From NCBI GenBank assembly GCA_001797335.1, contig MGPE01000005.1, positions 153,013 to 217,012 of the forward strand: a stretch of DNA of 64,000 nt. Direction: 5' to 3'. The translations under genes and the position numbers were made by a program. This document shows, in pieces, positions 28,638-37,435 of this stretch. The notes under the pieces are model-generated. The model made no database searches. It was given only the letters and a program-made list of their open reading frames with translations, and was not told the DNA's origin. This DNA comes from Deltaproteobacteria bacterium GWA2_38_16. Lineage in GTDB: Bacteria; Bdellovibrionota; JACOXK01; 2-02-FULL-40-11. Numbering within the stretch: the first letter of the stretch is position 1; every line of letters starts with the position of its first letter.

Positions 28638-31091
28638 ATGACAGATAAAATAGATAAAAAAACACTCATTGTTCCTCTGCTTCCTCTCAGAGATATTATT
28701 GTTTTTCCTCACATGGTTGTTCCACTCTTTGTGGGAAGAGAAAAATCCATTCAAGCTCTTGAAAATGCTTTGGCTCAGAAAAAAGATATTCTTTTAGTAG
28801 CGCAAAGAAAGGCTAAAACCAATGATCCTACCGAAGAAGAAATTTATAAAGTAGGAACCGCGGGGGCCATTATACAGCTCTTAAGACTTCCCGATGGGAC
28901 TGTGAAAGTACTCATTGAAGGAAGACAGCGGGTGAGAATTCTTCGATATGTAGCACGAGATAAATTTTATGAAGTAGAAGTGGAAGAAATTCATGAGCGC
29001 GAAGAAAAAGGTCCTCAAGTGGAAGCCTTAATCCGAAGTGTAAAAGAAACCTTTGAAAGCTATGTAAAGCTCAATAAAAGAATTCCTCCTGAAATGCTCA
29101 TGACCATTGCTGCTATTGAAGGGGCTTCCAAACTGGCCGATACGGTGGTTTCTCATTTAAATCTTAAAATTGAAGAAAAACAAAATATCTTAGAAGTTGA
29201 AAATCCAAAAGAACGTTTAGAAAAATTATTGTCTTTAATTGAAGGTGAAATTGAGATTCTCCAAATTGAAAAGAAAATTAAAACCCGAGTTAAAAAGCAA
29301 ATGGAGAAGTCTCAGAAGGAATATTATCTCAATGAGCAAATGCATGCGATCCAAAAGGAATTGGGTGAACGAGATGAGTTTAAAGCGGAGATCGCAGAAA
29401 TTGAAAAGGCCTTAAAAGAAAAGAAACTTTCTGAAGAAGCCAGTAAAAAAGTTAAAAAAGAACTCCGAAAATTAAAAATGATGTCCCCCATGTCGGCAGA
29501 AGCAACGGTGGTGAGAAACTATATCGATTGGATTATTACCCTTCCCTGGGGATTTTACACTAAAGACAAAGATGATTTAAAAGCAGCACATCAAATTTTA
29601 GAAGAAGATCATTATGGGTTAAAGAAAATTAAAAATAGAATTTTAGAACATCTGGCCGTTCAATCTTTAGCCAATAAAGTCCAAGGACCGCTTTTATGTT
29701 TGGTGGGGCCACCAGGAGTTGGAAAAACGTCTTTAGCCCGTTCTATTGCTCGGGCTCTAGGGCGAAAATTTGTCAGGGCTTCTTTGGGGGGAGTTCGAGA
29801 TGAAGCCGAAATTCGAGGGCACCGGCGCACCTATATTGGAGCACTCCCTGGAAAGATTATACAATCGATGAAAAAAGCAGGGTCTCAAAATCCTGTATTT
29901 TTGTTAGATGAAATTGATAAAATGGCCATGGATTTTAGGGGAGATCCTGCCGCAGCGCTCTTAGAAGTATTAGACCCAGAACAAAATGTTGCATTTAATG
30001 ATCATTATTTAGAAATAGACTATGATTTATCTAAAATACTCTTCATTGCGACAGCCAATTCTATTCACAATATTCCTCGGCCTCTTTTAGATAGGATGGA
30101 AATGATTTTTGTGGCCGGTTATACTGATGAAGAAAAACTGCATATTGCGCAAAAATTTTTAGTGCCAAAACAAAAAGAACTCAATGGTCTCAAAGAATAT
30201 TCTATTAAGTTTTATGAAAAAGCAGTGCTTACCATTATTCATAAATACACTAAAGAAGCAGGAGTCAGAAATTTAGAAAGAGAAATTGCCAATATTTATC
30301 GAAAAATGGCTAAAAAGATTGTTGAAAAAGGAAAAAATAAAAAGGTGATGTTATCTGTTACTTCTAAAACGGTAGAAGAGCTTTTAGGGACAGAGCGGTA
30401 TCATTCTACTCAAACTGAAAATAAAGATGAGGTGGGGTTAACCAATGGATTGGCGTGGACAGAGATGGGGGGAGAACTTTTAGCGGTAGAGTGTACGATT
30501 ATGCCTGGAAAGGGAGCTGTCACTATTACTGGCCAATTGGGAGAGGTAATGCAAGAGTCTGCCCGGGCGGCTTTGAGTTATGTGCGAAGTCGAGGGGAAT
30601 CTTTAGGATTATCCCCTGATTTTAATCAAAAAGTAGATCTTCATCTTCATGTTCCTGAAGGGGCTATTCCTAAGGATGGTCCTTCGGCAGGGATTACTAT
30701 GGCGACCTGCCTTGTGTCTGCGCTTCTTCGCGTGCCGGTTCGAAAAGAAGTAGCTATGACGGGAGAAATTACACTTCGGGGAAGGGTGCTTCCCATTGGC
30801 GGGCTTAAGGAAAAATTATTAGCAGCTTATCGAGCGGGGATTAAAACCGTATTAGTTCCCAAAGAAAATGAACGGGATTTAAAAGATGTGCCCAAAAAGG
30901 TTTTAAGTTCTCTTAAAATTGTTTTAGTGTCTCATATGGATGAAGTGTTGAAGAAAGCGCTTTTAGTTAAAAATCCAGAACATATTTTCCAAGGCCCTGG
31001 TAATAAAAGTAAAAAAGAATTAAAATCTTCTTTTTATTTTAGGAAAAAGCCTACCTATATGACCCGTGCGCCACTCGTAGGAACTGCCTAG
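28638..31091 (+). CDS. lon: Lon protease
   Basis: 817 aa; Walker [10 protein letters not shown]; catalytic [19 protein letters not shown]. Confidence 0.95.
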   Translation: MTDKIDKKTLIVPLLPLRDIIVFPHMVVPLFVGREKSIQALENALAQKKDILLVAQRKAKTNDPTEEEIYKVGTAGAIIQLLRLPDGTVKVLIEGRQRVRILRYVARDKFYEVEVEEIHEREEKGPQVEALIRSVKETFESYVKLNKRIPPEMLMTIAAIEGASKLADTVVSHLNLKIEEKQNILEVENPKERLEKLLSLIEGEIEILQIEKKIKTRVKKQMEKSQKEYYLNEQMHAIQKELGERDEFKAEIAEIEKALKEKKLSEEASKKVKKELRKLKMMSPMSAEATVVRNYIDWIITLPWGFYTKDKDDLKAAHQILEEDHYGLKKIKNRILEHLAVQSLANKVQGPLLCLVGPPGVGKTSLARSIARALGRKFVRASLGGVRDEAEIRGHRRTYIGALPGKIIQSMKKAGSQNPVFLLDEIDKMAMDFRGDPAAALLEVLDPEQNVAFNDHYLEIDYDLSKILFIATANSIHNIPRPLLDRMEMIFVAGYTDEEKLHIAQKFLVPKQKELNGLKEYSIKFYEKAVLTIIHKYTKEAGVRNLEREIANIYRKMAKKIVEKGKNKKVMLSVTSKTVEELLGTERYHSTQTENKDEVGLTNGLAWTEMGGELLAVECTIMPGKGAVTITGQLGEVMQESARAALSYVRSRGESLGLSPDFNQKVDLHLHVPEGAIPKDGPSAGITMATCLVSALLRVPVRKEVAMTGEITLRGRVLPIGGLKEKLLAAYRAGIKTVLVPKENERDLKDVPKKVLSSLKIVLVSHMDEVLKKALLVKNPEHIFQGPGNKSKKELKSSFYFRKKPTYMTRAPLVGTA

Positions 31092-31460
31092 TCATTCTGA
31101 GCGAAGCGAAGAATCTAATATCTTATTTTCTTTATTTACTTTGATGACTTTTGGAGTAAATGCCTTATATTCTTCCAAAGTTAAATCTGAAAAACTTGCT
31201 ATAATGACAATATCTCCCGGGCTGGCTTTTCGTGCAGCTGCACCATTAATACAGAGAGTGCCACTTAAGGGCGCAGCAGGAATAGCATACGTAGAAAATC
31301 GTTCACCATTGGTGACGTTATAAATTTCAATCCGCTCAAAAGGGACAATATCGGCCATTTCCATAAGATGGCTATCAATGGAAGCAGATCCTTCATAATT
31401 TAAATTACTATCGGTTACAGTCATGCGATGAATCTTAGATTTTAAAATTTGTCGGTACAT
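31092..31460 (-). CDS. panD: aspartate 1-decarboxylase
   Basis: MYRQILKSKIHRMTVTDSNLNYEGSASID (pyruvoyl-forming G-S site); 122 aa. Confidence 0.9.
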   Translation of the reverse strand: MYRQILKSKIHRMTVTDSNLNYEGSASIDSHLMEMADIVPFERIEIYNVTNGERFSTYAIPAAPLSGTLCINGAAARKASPGDIVIIASFSDLTLEEYKAFTPKVIKVNKENKILDSSLRSE

Positions 31461-31546
31461 GAAAAAGAGCTATACCACTCTGTAAAATTCTTGACAAGAG
31501 GAGCCAAAGTCGTGTTAGCTCAAAAAGATCTCAAGGAGAAATTTGA

Positions 31547-31882
31547 ATGAATAAAGCAGATATTGTGATGAAATTGGCAGAAGGTACTGATTTTAGTAAG
31601 GCTCAAGCACAAAAAATGCTGGATAGCTTAAATCAAATTGTTACCAATAGCTTAAAGCGAGGGGAAAAAGTGGTTCTTCCTGGTTTTGGGACTTTTTTAG
31701 TGAGTCAACGTGTCAGTCGGAAAGGAAGAAATCCTCATACCGGAGAAGCCATTCTTCTTAAAGCATCTAAGACACCTCGTTTTCGCGCTGGGAAAAACTT
31801 TAAAAATCTTTTAAATAATCAAAACTATACAATTTTTAGAGAAGACAAGGCCGCAGTGAGCGAAAAATCGAGGCGTACTTAA
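31547..31882 (+). CDS. hup: HU/IHF-family DNA-binding protein
   Basis: GFGTFLVSQRVSRKGRNPHTGEAI arm motif; C-terminal extension. Confidence 0.85.
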   Translation: MNKADIVMKLAEGTDFSKAQAQKMLDSLNQIVTNSLKRGEKVVLPGFGTFLVSQRVSRKGRNPHTGEAILLKASKTPRFRAGKNFKNLLNNQNYTIFREDKAAVSEKSRRT

Positions 31883-31943
31883 TGTACGTTGAGATTTTGA
31901 GCGAGCGAGAACGCCGTATTCTCTAAAAAGGGGATGGTTTTAT

Positions 31944-32019
31944 AGGCGGATAGCTCAGTTGGTAGAGCATCGCCCTTACAAGGCGAGGGTCGCAGGTTCG
32001 AGCCCTGTTCCGCCTACCA
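31944..32019 (+). tRNA. tRNA-Val (anticodon TAC)
   Basis: Cloverleaf folds by eye: acceptor AGGCGGA/TCCGCCT, anticodon loop CTTACAA, T-loop GTTCGAG, 3' CCA encoded. Confidence 0.85.
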
Positions 32020-32145
32020 ACTTCAGATACGATTTGCTCTACATCGTCAGACTCCTTCTTCCTCCCGCAGCGTACATGGAGTACGCCTTGGTCGGGCGTC
32101 GTCGTCTTCCTTGTATAGCTTGCGTCTCTTTGTTGGTTTGTGTTT

Positions 32146-32161
32146 GAGCCCTGTTCCGCCT
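32146..32161 (+). repeat. 16-bp direct repeat of the tRNA-Val 3' end (GAGCCCTGTTCCGCCT), att-like
   Basis: Exact copy of 32000..32015 located 146 bp downstream of the original. Confidence 0.6.
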
Positions 32162-32171
32162 GCCTCTAACT

Positions 32172-33107
32172 TTACTTTCTAACTTCTTTTAATCCTTCGG
32201 AGATAAGTATGCGGGTCATTTCAGATAGTTTGTCTATAACGGAAACTCTACCTTTTTGCATTTCATAAACGAGGGTTTTAAATGCAGGAGAATTTGTGTC
32301 TATTCTTATTGTTTCATTTAAGTCTGCCAGAGCGAGGCGATATCGTAAATAGTGGGTGATCGTAGTAGGAGTCACATGATCCGTGCGCATTAAAATATCT
32401 TCAACTAATCCTCTTGCTATATCGTTAGAGAACCATGTGAGATTTATTTGTTTTTCTCTAAAAATATGCCCAAATTTCTCAATGGCTCTTTGAAGAGAAG
32501 CCGGGACTTCGTCAGGTACTACTTCTAGCTGAAATAACTCTGTGGGTTCGACTGTTTGTACATCTAGACGGTTTCTTACAATAATGACTCTCGCCCCATC
32601 TTTAAGGACATAGGATTCATTAGGTTTTTTTTCTAATGTTCTTGCCAGAGGGCCATCCGAATGAGTATAAAAATGTTCAATAGCTTGATATAAAATAGAA
32701 GAAACCGCTGTGTTGCTTTCCCAAGCAGAAATGGATTCTTTTAAATTAAATGTTACTCGAAATATTTTCTGACCTGCCCTGCCACTGTTTCTAACTTCAC
32801 ATAAAATAGAATTATTTTCATCAGCTATGAGGATATCTGTACCATCTGGTTTTTCAGTAATTTGGATGGCCGATCGTAAGGATGTGCCATGATTAACGGC
32901 AGTAGCTCCAACTCCCCAGGTTTTAAAGGCGCTTAAAGAGTGAAAAAATACTCCCTGAATGGATGTATTATCTGGTGTCCAATCTAATACTATTGAGGCT
33001 GGAATGGCCTGTGTCCAAGCAGTGGTGGTGATAAGTAGGATCAGAGAACTTAAAATAATTTTTCTCATAAAGTGTTCTTTCTTAACAAGGATACTGGGCT
33101 CTGTCAA
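32172..33107 (-). CDS. hypothetical secreted protein
   Basis: Internal Met followed by signal peptide MRKIILSSLILLITTTAWTQA (likely true start); lies between the two tRNA genes. Confidence 0.45.
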   Translation of the reverse strand: MTEPSILVKKEHFMRKIILSSLILLITTTAWTQAIPASIVLDWTPDNTSIQGVFFHSLSAFKTWGVGATAVNHGTSLRSAIQITEKPDGTDILIADENNSILCEVRNSGRAGQKIFRVTFNLKESISAWESNTAVSSILYQAIEHFYTHSDGPLARTLEKKPNESYVLKDGARVIIVRNRLDVQTVEPTELFQLEVVPDEVPASLQRAIEKFGHIFREKQINLTWFSNDIARGLVEDILMRTDHVTPTTITHYLRYRLALADLNETIRIDTNSPAFKTLVYEMQKGRVSVIDKLSEMTRILISEGLKEVRK

Positions 33108-33197
33108 TCGGGGGGGCTTATAAAAATATATTGAAGCCTCTTTAAATTCTGTGTATCAATAACTTTTTAGGCATGTGACTATAGGTATGATTTTTTG

Positions 33198-33217
33198 TGG
33201 GACCGTAGTTCAGCTGG
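33198..33217 (+). repeat. 5' fragment of tRNA-Asp (acceptor and D-arm only), duplicated 120 bp upstream of the intact gene
   Basis: GGGACCGTAGTTCAGCTGG identical to the first 19-20 nt of tRNA-Asp; downstream sequence does not complete a cloverleaf. Confidence 0.6.
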
Positions 33218-33317
33218 CCAAAGGTCACAAGCGTGTGACCATTCAAATCTGTAATAACCAGCTGGAAACGAAGTTTGTAGATATTTGGAAATTTAGTAAG
33301 TTAGGTATAAGTTTTTT

Positions 33318-33394
33318 GGGACCGTAGTTCAGCTGGTTAGAACGCCTGCCTGTCACGCAGGAGGTCGCGAGTTCGAGTCTCGTCGGTCCCGCCA
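33318..33394 (+). tRNA. tRNA-Asp (anticodon GTC)
   Basis: Acceptor GGGACCG/CGGTCCC, anticodon loop CTGTCAC, T-loop TTCGAGT, 3' CCA encoded. Confidence 0.85.
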
Positions 33395-33415
33395 GATAAT
33401 TTCATTCAAAAAAAA

Positions 33416-33444
33416 CGAGCTCTAGATTTCAGAGCTCGTTTTTT
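33416..33444 (+). terminator. Rho-independent terminator after tRNA-Asp
   Basis: CGAGCTCT-AGATTTC-AGAGCTCG hairpin followed by TTTTTT. Confidence 0.6.
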
Positions 33445-33538
33445 CGTGGTCAGACTTGTATACTTCGAATGTAAATGAGGTTTCGACTTTTCTTTTTTAA
33501 TACGGCCCTACTCTACGCGCTTTTTGTTTACAGGGAAT

Positions 33539-33577
33539 ATGATTTGTGTCATATTTTCAGCACATGATTTATGTCAT
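33539..33577 (+). promoter_or_regulatory. two FNR/CRP-family-like palindromic boxes upstream of nirK
   Basis: ATGATTTGTGTCAT (33539..33552) and ATGATTTATGTCAT (33564..33577), each ATGA-N6-TCAT, 25 bp apart, 25-60 bp upstream of the nirK ATG. Confidence 0.4.
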
Positions 33578-33601
33578 TTTTCTGCCATCAAGGAGGAAAT
33601 A

Positions 33602-35008
33602 ATGAAAAAAATATTTTTGATCATTATCGGTATCGGATGTTTTGGAAATCTTTTATCGTGTAAGTCATCTTTGCCTATTGAAAAAGCTGTTCTAACTTTT
33701 GCTCCAGAAGTGCCGCCGGTGATTACGCGGACATCTCCAGCAAAAGTGATTGTTGATCTAGAGGTTCAAGAAGTGGTCAATCAACTGGCCGATGGTGTTG
33801 AATATACGTTTTGGACATTTGGGGGGAAAGTTCCTGGGAAATTTATTCGAGTTCGAGAAGGAGATATCGTAGAGTTTCATTTGGCCAACCATCCTGCCAA
33901 TAAGCTTCCTCATAATATTGATCTTCATGCAGTGACAGGGCCTGGTGGGGGCGCCACCAGTTCCTTTACAGCGCCTGGACATAAATCCCAATTTACATTT
34001 ACAGCGTTAAACGCGGGTCTCTATGTATATCACTGTGCCACGGCTCCTGTAGGGATGCATGTGGCTAATGGCATGTATGGGCTTATTTATGTGCAACCCA
34101 AAAAAGCGCTGCCTAAGGTGGATCGTGAATATTATGTTATGCAAGGAGATTTTTATACCAAGGGTGTTTTTAGTGAAAAAGGGCTTCAGCCCTTTTCCAT
34201 GGAAAAGGCTATCGATGAAAAACCAAGCTATGTGGTGTTTAATGGGGCGGTGAATTCATTGGTGGGGGATAATGCACTGAAAGCCAAAGTAGGAGAAACC
34301 ATTCGTTTATTTGTGGGAAATGGGGGGCCGAATTTGGTTTCGTCATTTCATGTTATTGGAGAAATTTTTGATAAAGTGTATCAAGAAGGAGGGACTTCCA
34401 CTGTTCAGGAAAATGTTCAAACTACTTTAGTTCCCGCTGGAGGATCAGCCATTGTTGAATTTAGGATGGATGTTCCTGGAACTTTTATTTTAGTTGATCA
34501 CAGTATCTTTAGAGCATTTAATAAAGGAGCTTTGGGAATGCTTAAAGCGGAAGGGCCAGAAAATAAAGTCATTTATTCTGGAAAAGAGGTGGATGAAAAT
34601 TATATTGAGAGCCAAGCACATCCCCAAGCAGGGTTAAAATCAGAACCGTCCCCTTTAAAAGCCGGGCGGAGTGGGGCTACTATTTTTGAAAATGTATGCG
34701 CCATGTGTCATCAACAAGAAGGACAAGGCCTTTCTGGCGTATTTCCTCCTTTGGCAAAATCAGACTATCTTTCTCATTTAGCCGTTAGAGATCGAGAGAA
34801 ATTAGTATCTATTATTCTAAAAGGGTTATCGGGAAAAATTACCGTGAATGGAAAAGAGTATAATAATGTGATGACGCCTGTTTCAGGACTTTCTGATGAA
34901 GAATTAGTAACCATCTTAAATTATATTATCAGTTCCTGGGGAAATTCTGGAAAACCATTTACTTTAGAGGAAGTGAAAAAAGCGAAAGAAAAAATTGAAT
35001 CGAGATGA
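33602..35008 (+). CDS. nirK: copper-containing nitrite reductase with C-terminal cytochrome c domain
   Basis: Cupredoxin ligand motifs (HNIDLHA; [16 protein letters not shown]); C-terminal heme motif CAMCH; likely start at ATG 33602 with AGGAGG RBS (ORF track starts 33524). Confidence 0.85.
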   Translation: MKKIFLIIIGIGCFGNLLSCKSSLPIEKAVLTFAPEVPPVITRTSPAKVIVDLEVQEVVNQLADGVEYTFWTFGGKVPGKFIRVREGDIVEFHLANHPANKLPHNIDLHAVTGPGGGATSSFTAPGHKSQFTFTALNAGLYVYHCATAPVGMHVANGMYGLIYVQPKKALPKVDREYYVMQGDFYTKGVFSEKGLQPFSMEKAIDEKPSYVVFNGAVNSLVGDNALKAKVGETIRLFVGNGGPNLVSSFHVIGEIFDKVYQEGGTSTVQENVQTTLVPAGGSAIVEFRMDVPGTFILVDHSIFRAFNKGALGMLKAEGPENKVIYSGKEVDENYIESQAHPQAGLKSEPSPLKAGRSGATIFENVCAMCHQQEGQGLSGVFPPLAKSDYLSHLAVRDREKLVSIILKGLSGKITVNGKEYNNVMTPVSGLSDEELVTILNYIISSWGNSGKPFTLEEVKKAKEKIESR

Positions 35009-36150
35009 AAAAAAATATTTTCAGCCATTTTTTCTTGGCTGCTATTTTCATAGAGGGGGGAACATTTACCCCCTTCTATGGTTTGAATAAAGATCAAAAA
35101 AGTGTATCCGTAAAATCTTTTCGTATAGATGATGCTCCTGTAACCAAGCAGCAATTTTTTAATCATGTCTCTAAGCGGGGGAATGTGCCGGTAACCTATG
35201 TGTCGTGGGATGATGCACAAGCGTATTGCAAGGCTCGGGGAGGCAGACTCCCCACTGTTTTTGAGTGGGAATATGTAGGCAGTGCCAGTGAGACTCAAAA
35301 AGATGCTTCGAAGGATCCAAAATTTATTCAAAAACTTTTAGAGTGGTATTCAAAGCCCGTTGATGAAGCTAAAATTCCAGAGGTTAAGCAGGGAAAACCC
35401 AATGTTTGGGGAGTGTACGACATGCATGGAGTGGTGTGGGAATGGGTCTATGATTTTAATAGTAGCTTTGTCACCGGAGATAATCGTCAGGATAAAGATA
35501 AACTCAAAGATTTGTTTTGTGGAGCAGGAGGAGAAGGTGCTCAAGACCGAATTAATTACGCAGCCTTTATGCGATATGCATTGAGAAGTAGTTTAAAAGC
35601 ATCTTATAAACTTATGAATCTAGGATTTCGGTGTGCTTATGATGAAAAAAATCAGGACGAGAATATTCAAACGTCTCTTGATTTATCTCCCTATCGCTCT
35701 CATTTTGTGGTGATCACGATGACGTATACGAGCTGCCAATCGGCTTGTCCTTTGATTATAAAAAAATTAAAAACCATTTTAAAAGCATTAGGGGGAGATA
35801 TCCAAAATATTGAATTTGTGGTGGTGACGTTTGATCCAACTATTGACACAGCTTCTCATCTTTTAGAATACCAAAAAAAACAAGGTCTTGATTTTCAAAA
35901 TTGGCATTTTTTAAGCGGTTCCGAAGAAGAAACCCGAAAGATGTCTTTATTTTTAGATATTTCTTATCAAAAAGATGCTACGACGGGGCACTTTATGCAC
36001 AGCAATAAAATTATTCTTTTAAATCCTGAGGGTCAAAAGGTAGTAACCCTAGATGGTTTGGATTCTGATATTGAGCCACTTTTAAAAGCCATGGGTAAAA
36101 CACCCAAAGCTTCTTTTTTCAAAAAACTTAAAAATTATTTTACCTTTTAA
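35005..36150 (+). CDS. NirV-like FGE-sulfatase-domain protein fused to a Sco1/SenC copper chaperone domain
   Basis: N-terminal [38 protein letters not shown] (FGE/SUMF1-like); C-terminal [10 protein letters not shown] (Sco CxxxCP) and thioredoxin-like region; ATGA overlap with nirK. Confidence 0.7.
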   Translation: MKKNIFSHFFLAAIFIEGGTFTPFYGLNKDQKSVSVKSFRIDDAPVTKQQFFNHVSKRGNVPVTYVSWDDAQAYCKARGGRLPTVFEWEYVGSASETQKDASKDPKFIQKLLEWYSKPVDEAKIPEVKQGKPNVWGVYDMHGVVWEWVYDFNSSFVTGDNRQDKDKLKDLFCGAGGEGAQDRINYAAFMRYALRSSLKASYKLMNLGFRCAYDEKNQDENIQTSLDLSPYRSHFVVITMTYTSCQSACPLIIKKLKTILKALGGDIQNIEFVVVTFDPTIDTASHLLEYQKKQGLDFQNWHFLSGSEEETRKMSLFLDISYQKDATTGHFMHSNKIILLNPEGQKVVTLDGLDSDIEPLLKAMGKTPKASFFKKLKNYFTF

Positions 36151-36625
36151 ATTGTGTATTGCTCGGTTCGTCTACGCAGGAAGAACAGCAGGGCATGGAT
36201 TTTAAAAATTTAGTGGGGCCAAACTTAAGAGCGAGAAGCATATTTTTTACAAAGATCAAAATTCCTAAAAATTGTAAAAGCCCAAAAACAAAAAAAAGAA
36301 GGTTCCAAGGAAGAGAGGAATCATAAAAAATATTTTGTAAGAGCGGTACGGTGATCATTCCCATCATTCCAATATTAGCCAGCCATAAGTGAAGCCTTTG
36401 ATAATGATCGGGGACAAGAGGACTTGATGCAAAGCGGGGGATGACATGATACGCCAGACCAAAAATCATCATCGAAATCCACCCAATGGCCATCGTATGG
36501 GCATGGGGAAAATGAATGATTGTTTTCCAAGTAGGAAAAGAAGCCATTACTGTGCCCATAAGGGCACCTACCAATAAATAAAGAAGACTTGAAATGACAA
36601 ATAATCTAGAATAGGGAGACATCAT
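36140..36625 (-). CDS. hypothetical His-rich integral membrane protein
   Basis: About 4 predicted TM helices; conserved-looking His in HFPHAH and AYHVIPRF. Confidence 0.4.
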   Translation of the reverse strand: MMSPYSRLFVISSLLYLLVGALMGTVMASFPTWKTIIHFPHAHTMAIGWISMMIFGLAYHVIPRFASSPLVPDHYQRLHLWLANIGMMGMITVPLLQNIFYDSSLPWNLLFFVFGLLQFLGILIFVKNMLLALKFGPTKFLKSMPCCSSCVDEPSNTQFKR

Positions 36626-36661
36626 TAAGTTTTATTTTTAACATAGGGAGTCCATAAAAAC

Positions 36662-37402
36662 ATGATCAATGTCATATTTTTGCCAGTTTTTTTCTTTGTG
36701 GCTGCTCTTATTTACTCAATGGTAGGGCATGCAGGTGCTTCAGCCTATTTGGCCATCATGGCTCTTTTTGGAATATCAACAGAGGTAATGAAACCCGTAG
36801 CCTTGGTTTTAAATATTTTAGTGGCAGCGATTGCCAGTTTTAAATTTTATCGATCAGGGCATTTTTCATGGTCTTTATTTTGGCCTTTTGCATTGACCTC
36901 CATTCCTTTTTCTTTTTTAGGAGGATTTTTAATACTGTCTCCTCTATTTTATAAGCCCATCGTTGGGATTATTCTCTTATATGCGGCGTATCATCTCTTT
37001 TTCTTTTCTGCGCTCTCCGCTTCTTTAGAAATAGCCCAACCCTTACGACGGTGGTTACTATTGTTTTTGGGATCAGGCATTGGATTTTTGTCTGGGTTAA
37101 TTGGGGTAGGGGGAGGGATTTTTTTAAGTCCCCTTCTTTTATGGAGGAGGTGGGCTACGGTTCGGCAAACAGCAGCGATATCTTCTCTTTTTATTCTCGT
37201 GAATTCTATTTCCGGTTTAGGGGGGCATCTGTTTCGGGTGAATTCTTTGCCTTCTCAATTGCCGCTGTGGTTAGTGAGCGTTGCTCTGGGAGGATGGATA
37301 GGAGCAGAATATGGAAGCCGTCATCTGTCCCCCCTTTTTTTAAAGCGATGTTTGGCTTTGGTTTTATTAATAGCAGGACTTAAATGCCTCTTTTTTGTCT
37401 AA
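36662..37402 (+). CDS. TauE/SafE-family anion permease
   Basis: Duplicated 4-TM units with glycine-rich GLIGVGGGIFLSPLL motif. Confidence 0.7.
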   Translation: MINVIFLPVFFFVAALIYSMVGHAGASAYLAIMALFGISTEVMKPVALVLNILVAAIASFKFYRSGHFSWSLFWPFALTSIPFSFLGGFLILSPLFYKPIVGIILLYAAYHLFFFSALSASLEIAQPLRRWLLLFLGSGIGFLSGLIGVGGGIFLSPLLLWRRWATVRQTAAISSLFILVNSISGLGGHLFRVNSLPSQLPLWLVSVALGGWIGAEYGSRHLSPLFLKRCLALVLLIAGLKCLFFV

Positions 37403-37405
37403 ATC

Positions 37406-37417
37406 TGATCAGTATCA
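37406..37417 (+). promoter_or_regulatory. FNR-like box (TGAT-N4-ATCA) upstream of the molybdoenzyme alpha gene
   Basis: cTGATcagtATCAt directly after the TauE stop codon, about 65 bp upstream of the likely alpha-subunit start. Confidence 0.4.
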
Positions 37418-37435
37418 TTTTTATCTCTACCGAAA

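Noticed and set aside
31959-32147. 62-aa ORF overlapping tRNA-Val and the GC-rich spacer
   Set aside because: Overlaps a well-formed tRNA gene and ends in the att-like repeat; almost certainly not coding
33198-33265. Possible second functional tRNA upstream of tRNA-Asp
   Set aside because: Only the first 19-20 nt match a tRNA; the remainder forms a simple hairpin with a short loop and no matching acceptor 3' strand
37051-37383. 110-aa ORF in an alternative frame inside the TauE permease gene
   Set aside because: Overlaps entirely with a membrane-protein ORF that has family-typical glycine motifs
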